Notes: a model not told the origin generated them from the letters alone. Counted from the first letter of the whole stretch, positions 24,002 to 36,355 are shown. The stretch: 63,969 bases of DNA, filler included, from Octopus bimaculoides (GCF_001194135.2; 6 parts of 6 records of this genome joined end to end with filler, not necessarily neighbours in it); one strand, 5' to 3'. Program-made: numbers and translations.

Positions 24002-26783
24002 CAGGTACAGGACACTGCTTTCCCTCATCCCAGGGTCTCACAGGCCCACACCTCCCACACCATCAGAATTGGCACTCTCAACGTCGGCACACTGAAAGGT
24101 AGGTCTGGTGAGATTGTTGAGATGCTTGAATGGAGACGCTAGGTTCCTCACAGGCAAAGAACACAGGTACAAGATTTTCTGGGCAGGGTAATCGAGGTAG
24201 TCAGAGTATGTGACAGAGTACTTAAGATTGTCGACCCAACAGAGGGACCAGCTATCCGAATTGACAGTACCTTGGTAGATAAAGCAATTAAGAGTATGAA
24301 GACAGGGAAAGCACCTGGCCCATCAGGAATCACTGCAGAGATGCTCAAAATATCTGGTCACCCGTATAGTTAATCAGGTGATACATGGAGTCATACCCAA
24401 TGACTGGTGTAGCAGCACCATAGTCAACTGCTACAAAGGTAAAGGTGATGCTTTAGACACAAACAATTACAGAGGTATCAAGTTGTTGGACCAGGTTATG
24501 AAGGTCACGGAGAGGGTCATAGCCCAACTAATTAGGGAGAGAATTAGTTTAGATGAGATGCAGTTTGGGTTCATTCCAGGGAAAAGCACCACTGATGCTA
24601 TATTTCTGGTAAGACAGCTGCAGGCGAAATACCTAGCCAAAGATAAACCTCTGTACCTGGCTTTCGTTGACATGGAGAAAGCTTTTGACAGGGTTCTCCT
24701 ATCACTTATCTGGTGGTCAATGAGGAAACTAGGGATACATGAATGGTTAGTGAGAGCTGTGCAAGCCATGTACAGGGACGCTGTCAGTAAGGTGAGAGTT
24801 GGCAATGAGTACAGTGAAGAATTCCGGGTAGAGATAGGGGTCCACCAAGGTTCAGTCCTCAGCCTCCTCCTACAATAACAGAGGAATTCAAGACCGGATG
24901 CCCCTGGGAGCTCCTCTATGCTTATGACCTTGCACTAATTGCTGAGTCACTATCTGAACTAGAGGAGAAGTTTCAGGTGTGGAAGCAAGGACTGGAATCG
25001 AAGGGCCTTAGAGTCAACCTAGCGAAAACCAAAGTCCTAATAAGTAGGAAGGTAGACAAAACACAAACCCCTTCAGGTAGATGCCCCTGCTTGATCTGTA
25101 GAAAAGGCGTAAGTAGAAACTCCATAAAATGTGCCCAGTGTAAGCTATGGACACACAAGAGGTGCAACAATCTCAAAGGAAGGCTAACTAGCAAGATAGT
25201 TTTTGTATGTGGCAGATGCTCTGGAGCAATAAACACTGAAAATGTGCAGAAAACAACCTTTGCTACACTCCAGGGAGATGTAGTTGATAGCTTCCACTAC
25301 CTAGGTGACCAAGTTTGTAGTGGAGGAGGGTGCACTGAAAGTGTAGCTGCTAGAATAAGAATAGCCTGAGCAAAGTTTAGAGAGCTCTTACCTCTGCTGG
25401 TGACAAAGGGCCTCTCACTCAGAGTAAAAGGCAGACTGTATGATGCATGTGTATGAACAGCCATGCTACATGGCAGTGTAACATGGGCTGTGACTGCTGA
25501 GGACATGCGTAAGCTCGCAAGAAACAAAGCCAGTATGCACCGATGGATGTGTAATGTCAGTGTGCATACTCGACAGAGTGTAAGTACCTTGAGAGAAAAG
25601 TTGGACCTAAGAAGCATCAGTTGTGGTGTGCAAGAGAGATGATTGCGCTGGTATGGACATGTGGCAAGAATGGATGAGGATAGCTGTGTGAAAAAGTGCC
25701 ACACCCTAGCAGTTGAGGGNNNNNNNNNNAAAGGGCCTCTCACTCAGAGTAAAAGGCAGACTGTATGATGCATGTGTATGAACAGCCATGCTACATGGCA
25801 GTGTAACATGGGCTGTGACTGCTGAGGACATGCGTAAGCTCGCAAGAAACAAAGCCAGTATGCACCGATGGATGTGTAATGTCAGTGTGCATACTCGACA
25901 GAGTGTAAGTACCTTGAGAGAAAAGTTGGACCTAAGAAGCATCAGTTGTGGTGTGCAAGAGAGATGATTGCGCTGGTATGGACATGTGGCAAGAATGGAT
26001 GAGGATAGCTGTGTGAAAAAGTGCCACACCCTAGCAGTTGAGGGAACCTGTGGATGAGGTAGACCCAGGAAGACCTGGGATGATGTGGTGAAGTACAACC
26101 TTTGAACTTTAGGCCTCACCGAGGCAATGACTAGTGACCAGGATCTTTGGAAATATGCAGTATATGAGAAGACCCGGGAAGCCATGTGAGAGCATAATCT
26201 GTGGCCTCTGCCAGAAGTGTAGCCAGCTCACTTATTCATATCTTTACTTCATTGGACACTAAACTCTGCTTGCAAAGACCTGTTGGGGCAAGTGAAATCA
26301 AAATCGTAATTGAACCAAATTCGATGACTGGCACCTGTGCCAGTGGAGCACTAACAGGACCGTCTGAGCATGATCATTGCCAGAACAGCTGTCTGGCTTC
26401 CGTGCTAGTGGCCCTTAAATAGCACCATTTGAGCGTAATCGTTACCAGCGTCGCTCTACTGACACTTGTGCCGGTGGCACATTTAGAAAATCATTAGAGC
26501 GAGTTTGTTGCCAGTGCTGCTGGAGTGGCTCCTGTGCAAGTGGCACGTTAAAAACACCATTTTGAGCATAGCCGTTGCCAGTACCGTGCGACTGACCCTC
26601 ATGCTGGTGGCACGTAAAAGCGCCCACTACACTCTCGGAGTGGTTGACATTAGGAAAGGCATCCAGCTGTAGAAACTCTGCCAGATCAGATTGGAGCCTT
26701 GTGAAGCCATCCGGTTCACCATTTCTCAGTCAAATCGTCCAACCCATGCTAGCATGGAAAGCAGAAGATAAATGATGACGATG
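24002..26783 (+). mobile_element. RTE LINE with internally deleted APE endonuclease, disrupted RT, full 3' UTR and (GAT)n tail
   Basis: APE start TIRIGTLNVGTLKGRSGEIVEML (~24059); RT ORF 24378 (NYRGIKLL, QFGFIPGKSTTDAIF, DMEKAFDRV, HQGSVLS); Cys-rich insert (24977 ORF); C-terminus and tail. Confidence 0.95.
25405..26044 (+). other. Probable assembly artefact: identical 315-bp duplication across a 10-N gap
   Basis: 25405-25719 equals 25730-26044, separated only by N10. Confidence 0.85.
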
Positions 26784-28114
26784 GCATCCTTGTATATACA
26801 TAAATATTTTGGCATATTTACACAATTGTGCCCCAAATATTTGCTTCTTCATAACCTTGAGAAAATTAAATATTTCTTTTCTACAAATATGCTTCAGATC
26901 ATGTAGATTCCAATTAAATAGGAATTCATTGTGAAAACCGTTTATCCCTAAAGGAGTTTTAGAAAATTCACCCCATTAGGTTTTGTTGCTTATATATATG
27001 TAAATATACGTGGGTGTATATGTATACACATAGAAAACTGGCACACTGCCAGTTATGACAGTCACAAATATCCAAAACTTCTTCACCACTCTTCCAACTT
27101 CATTTTTCCTCTTTAAAGAAGGCTTTTGTCTATTTGGANNNNNNNNNNNNNNNNNNNNNNNNNNNNNNNNNNNNNNNNNNNNNNNNNNNNNNNNNNNNNN
27201 NNNNNNNNNNNNNNNNNNNNNNNNNNNNNNNNNNNNNNNNNNNNNNNNNNNNNNNNNNNNNNNNNNNNNNNNNNNNNNNNNNNNNNNNNNNNNNNNNNNN
27301 NNNNNNNNNNNNNNNNNNNNNNNNNNNNNNNNNNNNNNNNNNNNNNNNNNNNNNNNNNNNNNNNNNNNNNNNNNNNNNNNNNNNNNNNNNNNNNNNNNNN
27401 NNNNNNNNNNNNNNNNNNNNNNNNNNNNNNNNNNNNNNNNNNNNNNNNNNNNNNNNNNNNNNNNNNNNNNNNNNNNNNNNNNNNNNNNNNNNNNNNNNNN
27501 NNNNNNNNNNNNNNNNNNNNNNNNNNNNNNNNNNNNNNNNNNNNNNNNNNNNNNNNNNNNNNNNNNNNNNNNNNNNNNNNNNNNNNNNNNNNNNNNNNNN
27601 NNNNNNNNNNNNNNNNNNNNNNNNNNNNNNNNNNNNNNNGATACAGGAAATTGGAAAATCCTGACCAAAACAGAGAAATTCTAACCTAACAAAAAATATA
27701 GAAAAAGAAAGAAAAGGTTCTGTTTTCCAAATCCAAAAGATGTGTTTTTACCTGGGGTGTAATTTTATAATTAAAACAAATTCAAATTTTAAATTTCAGA
27801 ACATAAGACTTACCACATTATCTGGTGTATAGCAACAGTTCAAATGGGTACAAAACCTAGAATAAATGTGTATGTGTGTATGTGTGTGTGTGGTTGGGTC
27901 TTTAATAGCCAGGGGTCAATTTAAGTTCAATTGCAGAAAGGAATTCAATACAGCAACACACACACAATCATATACATACAAACATACCCATACATACACA
28001 CACATACACATACATACACACACATACACATACACATACCTATCAGCCACTCCCAAAAGCCAGTTTGATCCAAAATTCTGACCACCATTCTTTATATATT
28101 TGCACACAAACGCG

Positions 28115-28154
<40 letters not shown>

Positions 28155-30019
28155 CACACACACACAAATAATCAGCTTTATGCTGTTATTCATTACTTTT
28201 TTTTCTTTCAATCTGTCACTATTCATCAGTTTTTAGTTTTTGTTTTTGTTTTGGGGGTTTCACTTTAGCGACACCAATTACAAATGGTACCAGGAATTTG
28301 CTTGGTGTCGTCAAAGTGGAAAAGATGTTTTTTAAGTTTTTGAAAATTTGAAACAAAAAGGCAGTTTTTTTAAACTGTCACAGTGATGTGAAAATATGGC
28401 TACTACTCATTAATTTCAAATAAGACTTACCAAGACGCCTCCTAATACTCCCCTGTCTCTTAACGCCCCTCTAGTGCTTCTTTGCTCTAAAACGCCCCCC
28501 ACCCCACCCCGCGCTCCAAATGGCCTCCCAGGGTGTGGGGTATATGGCCCCTGTTGAGAACCTTTGGACTAGGGAATTCAGAAATGGTGGTAGCAAAGAA
28601 TTATATGAGTTAGCCAGAAGGTAAGCTAGGCATCACATTTACATAGTGGAAGGAGAGGCAAAAGATAAATTTACCAATGTAATACAGCATGAGGATCAGA
28701 AGTGTGAGGTGTTCCAGATGACAAAGCAATGTATCAGAGAAAGAAGTAGGGATTATTGTGGGTGACAAGTGTGTGCAAATGGATAATGGTATGCTTGCAC
28801 TTTGTAACTCTTAGAAGAAATAGGCAAGGAAGTGACACTGTGAAAGATTGCTAAATGTGGAGAATGCATGGGAGATTGAGTCTTTCTAATATGGACCCAG
28901 CTGAGGGATCAGTCATCAGAGTTGACTGCAGTATGATAGATAAAGCAATTAAGGTGTAAGGTCCGTGCAATGTGAGGTGACGAGAATGGCTCTTTCGTAC
29001 CACATCACATGGCTGTCACAATAAAGAGAAAATGAATGGAACGTATATATGCCAGAGGGAAAAAGAGACAACCACATGAGAATGATCAAGAGAACATTTA
29101 TTGATAAGTTAACATGTGTGTCTGTGTGTGCGTCATGTATACAGAATAATAGACAGGCCTTCATGAGAACAAAATGTATGTGTGTATGTAGACATAGATA
29201 TATGCGCATGTATTAAGAACATATAAGGATAGCAATAAGAAGAAAGTGAAAGAGTCTAAAGCCATCGAAGTGAGAAGTAATTTCATAGACACAAGAAAAC
29301 TAATACCAGTTCGTAGTCAATAGTACACGGTAGTTGAAATACTGTATCAAGAAGTCTCAGTCATGATGTTGAGCCAGTTTCAGGCACATGTTATATGGGA
29401 AGTCATGGCTGTGATGCTGCTGTCTGGGTCACTTGGTACAGGAGTTCATGCAGGTTGTATATATGCTGTTGATCCTTGGTGAAGTAATTCACGAACAGTG
29501 AAGTGTTGGAACCTGGGTGAATTGCTTACTGAGCTGCGTACATAGAGAGTTGATGTCGATGATGTTAAGAACATGATGGTGGTGACGAAGATGGAGGTTG
29601 CCATAATGCTGTTGGATGAAGTTGGTAAGTCTCAACGTGGCTGCTGTGGTGTTGTCTGGAACTGGCTGTGTCTTTGTGGTCAGTGGCTAGACCTTAAAAG
29701 GTCTGGAACCAAAGACTTCGGAACAAGGAAGAGCTGAGTTTTTATAAGGAGCTGTAGGCTCAAACAGGGTGGTGAACAGGCTGTCCCATGTGATCCTATT
29801 TAGGGCTTCTGGCTGGTTTTATATGGCAAGTTAGCACAACAGAGTAAGAATCAAATTGCACCAATACCAACCAATCAGAGTAGTAGACACAATATTGTCC
29901 AAATAGTGGCCAAAGGCTAGCTGTTCCCTGCTATGTTTGAATGCATGTATATATAATAAATGGGAGAGAGGAATTTCGCCTGGGTCTACGCTACAAAGGT
30001 TATGAAAACAGGGAAAGCT

Positions 30020-30485
30020 CTTAGATGTCAGGAATCACTGTTGAGGTACTTAAAATATCTGGTGAAGTAAGATATGACTTAGTCAACCATATAGCCAATC
30101 AGGTGGCACAGGAAGGTGCCATACCCTATGACTAGTGAAGGAGCATTATAGTTAGCCACTACAAGGGTAAAAGAAATGCTTTAGAAACAATTTCAGGGAG
30201 ATCAGACTGCTGGACCAGTTACAGAGAAAATTATAGCTCAGTTGGTTAGAAAGTGAATTAGACGAGATGAAATGCAGTCTTGTTTTTTTATGCTAGGGAG
30301 GAGTTGTATCTTCCTAGTGAGATAGTTGCAGTAGTATATGACTAAAAGTAAACAATTGTACTGGGCATTCATTGACCTGGAGAAAATCTTCAACAGAGTG
30401 CCTTGCTCTGTTTTCAGGTGGTCTCTAATGAAGCTAGGAGTAGGTGGATGGCTTGTTAGAGCCATACAAGCTATGTATTGTGGTG
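30020..30485 (+). mobile_element. Old RTE RT fragment
   Basis: LYWAFIDLEKIFNRVPCSVFRWSLMKLGVGGWLVRAIQAMY, plus an upstream degraded FRGIRLLDQ. Confidence 0.8.
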
Positions 30486-30617
30486 CTGTCACTTATATTC
30501 ACCTCTCTGTAACACACATACACATGTATGTCTGTCTGTCTGTCTGTATGTATGTCTATCTGTCTGTCTGTCTGTATGTATGTATGTATATATGTATGCA
30601 TGTTTGCTATTTTCTAG

Positions 30618-30747
30618 TTTCAGCTGTCAGGTGAAGATGAATTGCATGCCTCAAGCTTGGGCAACTCTTACCTCATTGATACACGAGTACCCTGACAACT
30701 TAGACCTCATTGTGATGAAGGCTCGTCTTAGGCACCTCTCTGGAGAG
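30618..30747 (+). CDS. TTC16: TTC16-like gene, coding exon 4 (gene continues beyond the segment end)
   Basis: TTCTAG|T (phase 2, completes AG+T), donor GAG|GTAAGG. SFSCQVKMNCMPQAWATLTSLIHEYPDNLDLIVMKARLRHLSGE aligns without gaps to recalled human CMACLLALKQHQACLTLITNELKQDTTNADVYIFRARLYNFLQK. Confidence 0.85.
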
Positions 30748-30880
30748 GTAAGGATCAAATGACATTTAATTATTTCAGTCATAAGTGTAGTTATCCTGTT
30801 ATTCTCTCTACTCTTTCTCTCCTATGTCTGTCTATCTTTTTCTCTTTTTTTCTTTCATATTCACACACATATTCATACAG

Positions 30881-30915
<35 letters not shown>

Positions 30916-30957
30916 CCGCCACAACATTCCTCCATGGCAAGATTTAATTTGTGTATA

Positions 30958-31198
30958 CAAATTTAATTTGCGGTCCATGGGAAGAGCTGTTTTAACGATG
31001 CATCCTGCTTAGCTCTTCGAAATGCCGGTGTTAAAACGGAGGTAGCTGATGAAGTAGAATGTTCTCTATGTGGCTTGTGTGTTTTCTCGTCTACGTTTTG
31101 TTTGCAATGTCCTGTACCCAGATATGCACCTATACATACAGGTGGATGTCGGTATGCACATACCTGTACGTATATATGCATATACTCATTTACTATTT
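30958..31198 (+). repeat. Copy of the direct-repeat element family found at 50055-51085
   Basis: Shares CTCTTCGAAA...GCTGATGAAG...TTCTCTATGTGGC...GTCCTGTACCCAGAT with the reverse complement of those repeats. Confidence 0.75.
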
Positions 31199-31298
31199 NN
31201 NNNNNNNNNNNNNNNNNNNNNNNNNNNNNNNNNNNNNNNNNNTTAATTAATTAANNNNNNNNNNNNNNNNNNNNNNNNNNNNNNNNNNNNNNNNNNNN
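31199..31298. other. Artificial scaffold spacer
   Basis: 44 N + TTAATTAATTAA (stops in all six frames) + 44 N. Confidence 0.95.
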
Positions 31299-31345
<47 letters not shown>

Positions 31346-31681
31346 CCCCTCAGATAACCAAATCCTTGTGAGTGGATTTAGTAACTGAAAAAAAAAACCC
31401 ATTGTGTGTGTGTGTCTCCTTGTCTTGATGTGATGATGAGCATTGCTATCATACATGCAGTAGGTGTGTGTTTCCAATTTTCTATGAAAAATATCTTCCA
31501 TGGGAAATATTACCTTCCTGGAAACAGGTAAGGGTCAGTGACAGGAAGAGCATTTGGCTTTAGAAAATATGCATCAATGAATTATGTCTGACTCATGCAA
31601 GCATGGAGAAATGGGCATTAAACCAACAATGATCCTAGCAGTGATGGGATATATATTGTAAATAATTTATTTTCTTTGTAG

Positions 31682-31811
31682 GTCTTTGAAGTGAATGCTT
31701 CGTCAGTTCGCAGTGGGAAGAAAATCTTAACCCGATTACAAGAGGCCACACAATCTCATCAAGTCAGTAAAGACAAATCTGACTCGACTAACCTTCCTCA
31801 GCCTTCAACAG
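31682..31811 (+). CDS. ATAD5: ATAD5/ELG1 internal exon (AAA+ region just after Walker A)
   Basis: TTTCTTTGTAG|GTC...ACAG|GTAAAG. VFEVNASSVRSGKKILTRLQEATQSHQV matches recalled human IFEVNASSQRSGRQILSQLKEATQSHQV. Confidence 0.92.
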
Positions 31812-32429
31812 GTAAAGTTTTTAAAAGATTTCACAAATTCACTCCCCTTCTTATTAATTCTCAAAGTTTTCTTTAAAATAAAAGAAAATCAAGAACAGAT
31901 TAACTGAAAAGAACTTCCGTTTAATGTCACAATACCTTTAGTTCTTTTAACCAAATGGATTAATATCATGGCTATGCGGGTAAGAAGTTTGTTCTGTTGC
32001 CACATGGTTCTGAGTTCAATGTCACTGCACAGCACCTTGGCCAAATATCTTCTAACATGGCCTTGAATTAACCAGTACCTAGTGAAACAATTGTAGGAGT
32101 GCTGTCATGATATACTGCTTGCCTTCAATTTCTGATGGAGTTACAAACTGCCACCAGGACATACTAGTCTCCTCCTCTGCTGCAATTAATTTCAAATCTC
32201 TGGTGTCTATTAATGATTTGCCTGTCCATTCCTTGAGCTTGTTCCTTTCCTCTTCCACAATTCCTTTTAAAAATGGTCTTGACAAGGCCTCTAGATATGA
32301 CATTACCATCTCATCTTTCTTTTTTTCACTGTCGTGAGGTCTTCATGGGAGAGGGGATTATATGATGCTGGATGGCCATTTGTGATGTCCAAATATGAGA
32401 TCCTTAATATGTATAACATCTCATTTCCA

Positions 32430-32461
<32 letters not shown>

Positions 32462-33384
32462 ACTCAATCTTTCTCATATATTATTTTTGGTTGTCTACCT
32501 CTTACCTATCTTTTTTTTTGAAGCATCTCTTCCTTCTATGTGTCCCTCTTTAATAAGGTCTCCTGCTTTCTGTCTCTCTTTCTCTGCTGGGAAACTCTAT
32601 GTGCTTGATGTTTTCAGGACAGGAACCAGTACATGCAAGAGTCTTGTTCTTCATAGTGTCGTTTAGCATCAAGTCAACTCTGATTGTGTAGAACTAAGTG
32701 GAACCAAAGTGGTCTTGCCTTGACAATTGTATTGTTTATTTTTTGGACAGTCTGTCTAGGATTACATTACCCAATGTCTTCTTTCACATGGGTGTAGTTA
32801 TTATTCTTTATCCCTTACATTTGCTTTCTTCCTTCAGGCCTATAGTCCAAGATACCCTCCCTCCAGGACTAGCCAATCTTTTATTCAGATACACTGTATC
32901 TAGGTCTACCTTCTACAGTGTGTCCATTCACTTTCTGAAATGATAGACAAGGCTGTTGTTGAACAAGTCAAATCTGCTTCTATAGAACTAAGGTCAAAGA
33001 CATCCTCCACCCTTGTAACCTTCCCATCTTTAATCCAGACATAATGCACCTAGGAATCCATTATTCAATGTGTTCTTTTTGTTATTGGCCTGGTGATATT
33101 GTTTGTTTCTTTTTATGGCTAGTTTTCCATGCTAGCATAGATTAGATGAATGAGTATGTTATTGAGGTATTGTTTAACAGCAGGATACTCTCCCTGTTGC
33201 TAACCCTTACCCGATTTTCAAGTTAGGGCTGTTTTATTTCACATATTTTCAGGGGCTCAAAGTTAGACAATTTATTGACAGGAGAAGAGGTAACAACACT
33301 TTATAGCTCACACTATTCAGAGAAGTGTAATTATAAACAAATACACATGTACATGTGTGTGTGTATTCAAAAAATAGACTCCCT

Positions 33385-34270
33385 CAAATGTCAGTGGGAG
33401 TCTTTAGAAGTAGTAGACAGTTTCTGTTACTTATGTGACCAAGTTAGTAGCAGTAGAGGTTGTTCCGAAAGCATAGCTGCTAGAATAAGAATAGGCCGGG
33501 CAAAGTTCACAGAGTTACTACCTCTGTTAGTAACAAAGGGCCTCTCCCTCAGAATGAAAGGCAGATTGTATGATACTTGTGAATGAACAGCTATGCTACA
33601 TGGTAGTGAGACATGGGCTGTGACTACTGAGGACATATGAACGCTTGAAAGAAATGAAGCCAGTATGCTCTGCTGGATGGGTAATGTCAGTGTGCATGCA
33701 TGACAGAGTATCAGTGATTTGAGAGAAAAACTGGGTATACAAGGCATCAGATGTAGTTTGCAAGAGAGAAGACTGCTCTGGTATAGCCATGTATTGTGTA
33801 TGAATGAATACAGTTGCATTAGGTGGTGCTAATCTCTAATTGTAGAAGGAACATGTGGAAGGGGTAGACCCAGGAAGACATGGAATGAAGTGGTGGGAAA
33901 GGATATACAAACAATGGGACTCACAGAAGAGATGACTGGGAACTGAGACACTTGACGATTTGCTGTGCTTGAAAAGACACGTCCACCTAAGTAAAAGTGT
34001 GGTTGTCCTTGCATACAAGATTGTCCCCTTGCATCCTTTTCCAGTTGAGCATTCCTAGGCTCATAGGTGCTGGTATCACATAAAAAGTACCTGTACTGGT
34101 GAAAATGTAAATGCACCTGTGCCGGTGCTGCATAAGAGCACCCTGTACACTCTGTAAAGTGGTTTGTGTTAGGAAGGGCATCCAGCCGTGCTAAAACAGG
34201 CATGGATCCTGGGCAGCTCCTGTCAAACTGTCCAACTCATGCCATCATGGAAAACAGACATTTCATGATG
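33385..34270 (+). mobile_element. 5'-truncated RTE LINE
   Basis: LEVVDSFCYLCDQVSSSRGCSESIAARIRIGRAKFTELLPLLVTKGLSLRMKGRLYDTC, followed by the C-terminus and a degraded tail. Confidence 0.85.
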
Positions 34271-34284
34271 AGATATATATATAG

Positions 34285-34570
34285 ATCGTTGCCAGTACCC
34301 CTGGACTGGCTCTTGTGCGGGTGGCACATAAGATACACCATTTTGAGCGTGGCCGTTTCCAGTACCGCCTGACTGGCCTTCGTGCGGGTGGCACGTAAAA
34401 GCACCCACTACAATCTCTGAGTGGTTGGCGTTAGGAAGGGCATCCAGCTGTAGAAACTCTGCCAAATCAAATTGGAGCCTGGTGTAGCCATCTGGTTTCA
34501 CCAGTCCTCAGTCAAATCATCCAACCCATGCTAGCATGGAAAGCGGACGTTAAACGACGATGATGATGAT
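34285..34570 (+). mobile_element. RTE 3'-tail-only copy
   Basis: GGTGGCACGTAAAAGCACCCAC...GTTAGGAAGGGCATCCAGCTGTAGAAAC...(GAT)n. Confidence 0.85.
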
Positions 34571-34584
34571 ATATATATATATAT

Positions 34585-34614
<30 letters not shown>

Positions 34615-34615
<1 letters not shown>

Positions 34616-35930
34616 TGAGAAGTTACCCAAAAGAAACCAGAATTTTGCAATATTGTTTTATTCACTTAGTTTTATATGTTTACACTTTTATCACCTTCAG
34701 AGTATTCTCCATTTGAAGCAAGGCATTGGCCCAGATGCATTTTCCACTGTTCGAAGCAGTCCTGGAACTCTTTGCAAAGTGATGCCTTTTAACGCCTCTG
34801 TGGTTTTTTTCTTCACTTTTTCCCCATTTGCAAAAACGTTTTCTTTTGAGGACTTTTTTCATTCAGGGGAACAAAAAAGTAGCAGGAAGAAAGATCAGGC
34901 CTATAGGGAGGGTGGGTAAGTGAGGTCATGTCATTTTTGACATCAACTGTCCTACACTCAACATGGTGTGTGCAGACACCTTGTTGTCACAAAACCACCA
35001 CTCTCCACTTTGTCAGAGGAAGGCGTTTTTGCCTCACCGTGTCTTGCAAATGCTTCAGAACTTCCATGTAAAATGTCTGGTTAACAGTTTGACCAGGAGG
35101 AACAAATTCCGTGTGGACAATTCCTTTCGCATCAATGAAACAAATCAGCATCGTCTTGACATTTGACTTCACTTGACGTACTTTTTGGGGGCGTGATGAC
35201 ATTGAATGCTTCCATTGACTTTATTGTTGCCTCATTTCTGGGTCATAGTTGTGGCACCGGCTTTCCTCACCAGTGATGGCCTTCATAAAAAGGTTCGGCT
35301 CAACTTCCAACTGTTCTTTCAGTTTATGACTCGTATTAAGTCGTGACTGCTTTTGATCTTCCTTGAGGAGGCGAGGCACAAATTTTGCTGCAACTCTTTT
35401 CATTTGCAATTCCTCTCAAAATTCGTTGGTAGGTGCTCCAAGATACACCAGTCATATCAACAAGTTCATCAGTCCTTCAGCAATGGTCCTCCAAAATCAG
35501 TTCATGAATTTTCATGATGTTTTCATTCATTCAGGAGGTCAACAGTCGCCCTGAACGAGGTTGGTCTTCATGTGACAAGTGACTATTTCTAAAGCATGGA
35601 AACCACTCTTAAAGTTGTATTTTGCTCATGGCAGCATCCTTGTAAGCTGTTTGAAATATGACAACAGTTTCGGCTGCCATTTTCCCAAGCAGAAAACAGA
35701 ATTTTACAAAAGCACACTGTTTCTTCATTTCAGCCATTGTAAAAATCAATGAACAGAGGAGAAGCACTGCAAAACAAAGATGCACAATGTGGGAGTATGA
35801 CTTCAATCGCAGCCTCTGGTTGGTAGACTGATGCCTGAGTGTCACAACAAGTTGCTTCTAGCAGCAGAAGCCTCAACTACAACAGGCTTGTCCCACAGAA
35901 CATTTCTGGTTACTTTTGGGTACCCCCTTG
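34615..35930 (-). mobile_element. Mariner (Mos1-like) transposon, near full length (~1.3 kb), pseudogenised
   Basis: Minus frames MAEMKKQCAFVKFCFLLGKMAAET, KRVAAKFVPRLL...ITGEES...YDPE, KTMLICFIDAKGIVHTEFVPPGQTVN. Imperfect TIRs TACCCAAAAG(A/T)AACCAGAA at both ends. Confidence 0.9.
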
Positions 35931-36355
35931 TATATGTGTGTGTGTGTTTATGAATTTGTGTTGCAAGATTCCTGATATGTGTTGAAACAGATATTGTTGT
36001 ATTTCAGGATGGTCATTTTTTTTCTTCCAAATAAACACACACACTATATATTCGTTCTTCATTTGTTTATTACTCTTCTTATTTTAACTCATGTCCATTG
36101 TCTGGAATTCTTTCATCACACACCTGTAACCTCTTCAGTGACACTTTCTGTCCTTGTATGTAATATCTGCTCCACTTAGTCCATTCTGTTCTTCTAGACA
36201 GAAAGTGTCACTGTAGAAGTCATAGATGTGTAACGAAAGGTTTCTGGATAAGGGACATGTGTTAAAATAAGAACAATAATAAACGAGTGAAGGACGAATA
36301 TATAGTGCATGTGTTTATATGGCAAAAAAAAAAGAATGACCATCTCGAAGTACAA

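Larger units (their letters stand above)
22426..28566. mobile_element. hAT-superfamily element, 6.1 kb, with nested RTE LINE
   Basis: Perfect 14-bp TIRs CAAAGGTTCTCAAC (22426-22439) / GTTGAGAACCTTTG (28553-28566), flanked by the identical 8-bp TSD GACTAGGG (22418-22425, 28567-28574). No transposase recognised. Confidence 0.85.

Noticed and set aside
25405-26044. Tandem duplication within the RTE
   Set aside because: The copies are identical and abut a 10-N gap, typical of an unmerged contig overlap.
31243-31254. TTAATTAATTAA as a recurring biological motif
   Set aside because: Always centred in exactly 44+44 N; it is an assembly linker with stops in six frames.
30618-31811. Novel TPR-AAA+ (TTC16-ATAD5) fusion gene
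   Set aside because: The exons lie on different segments separated by an artificial spacer.
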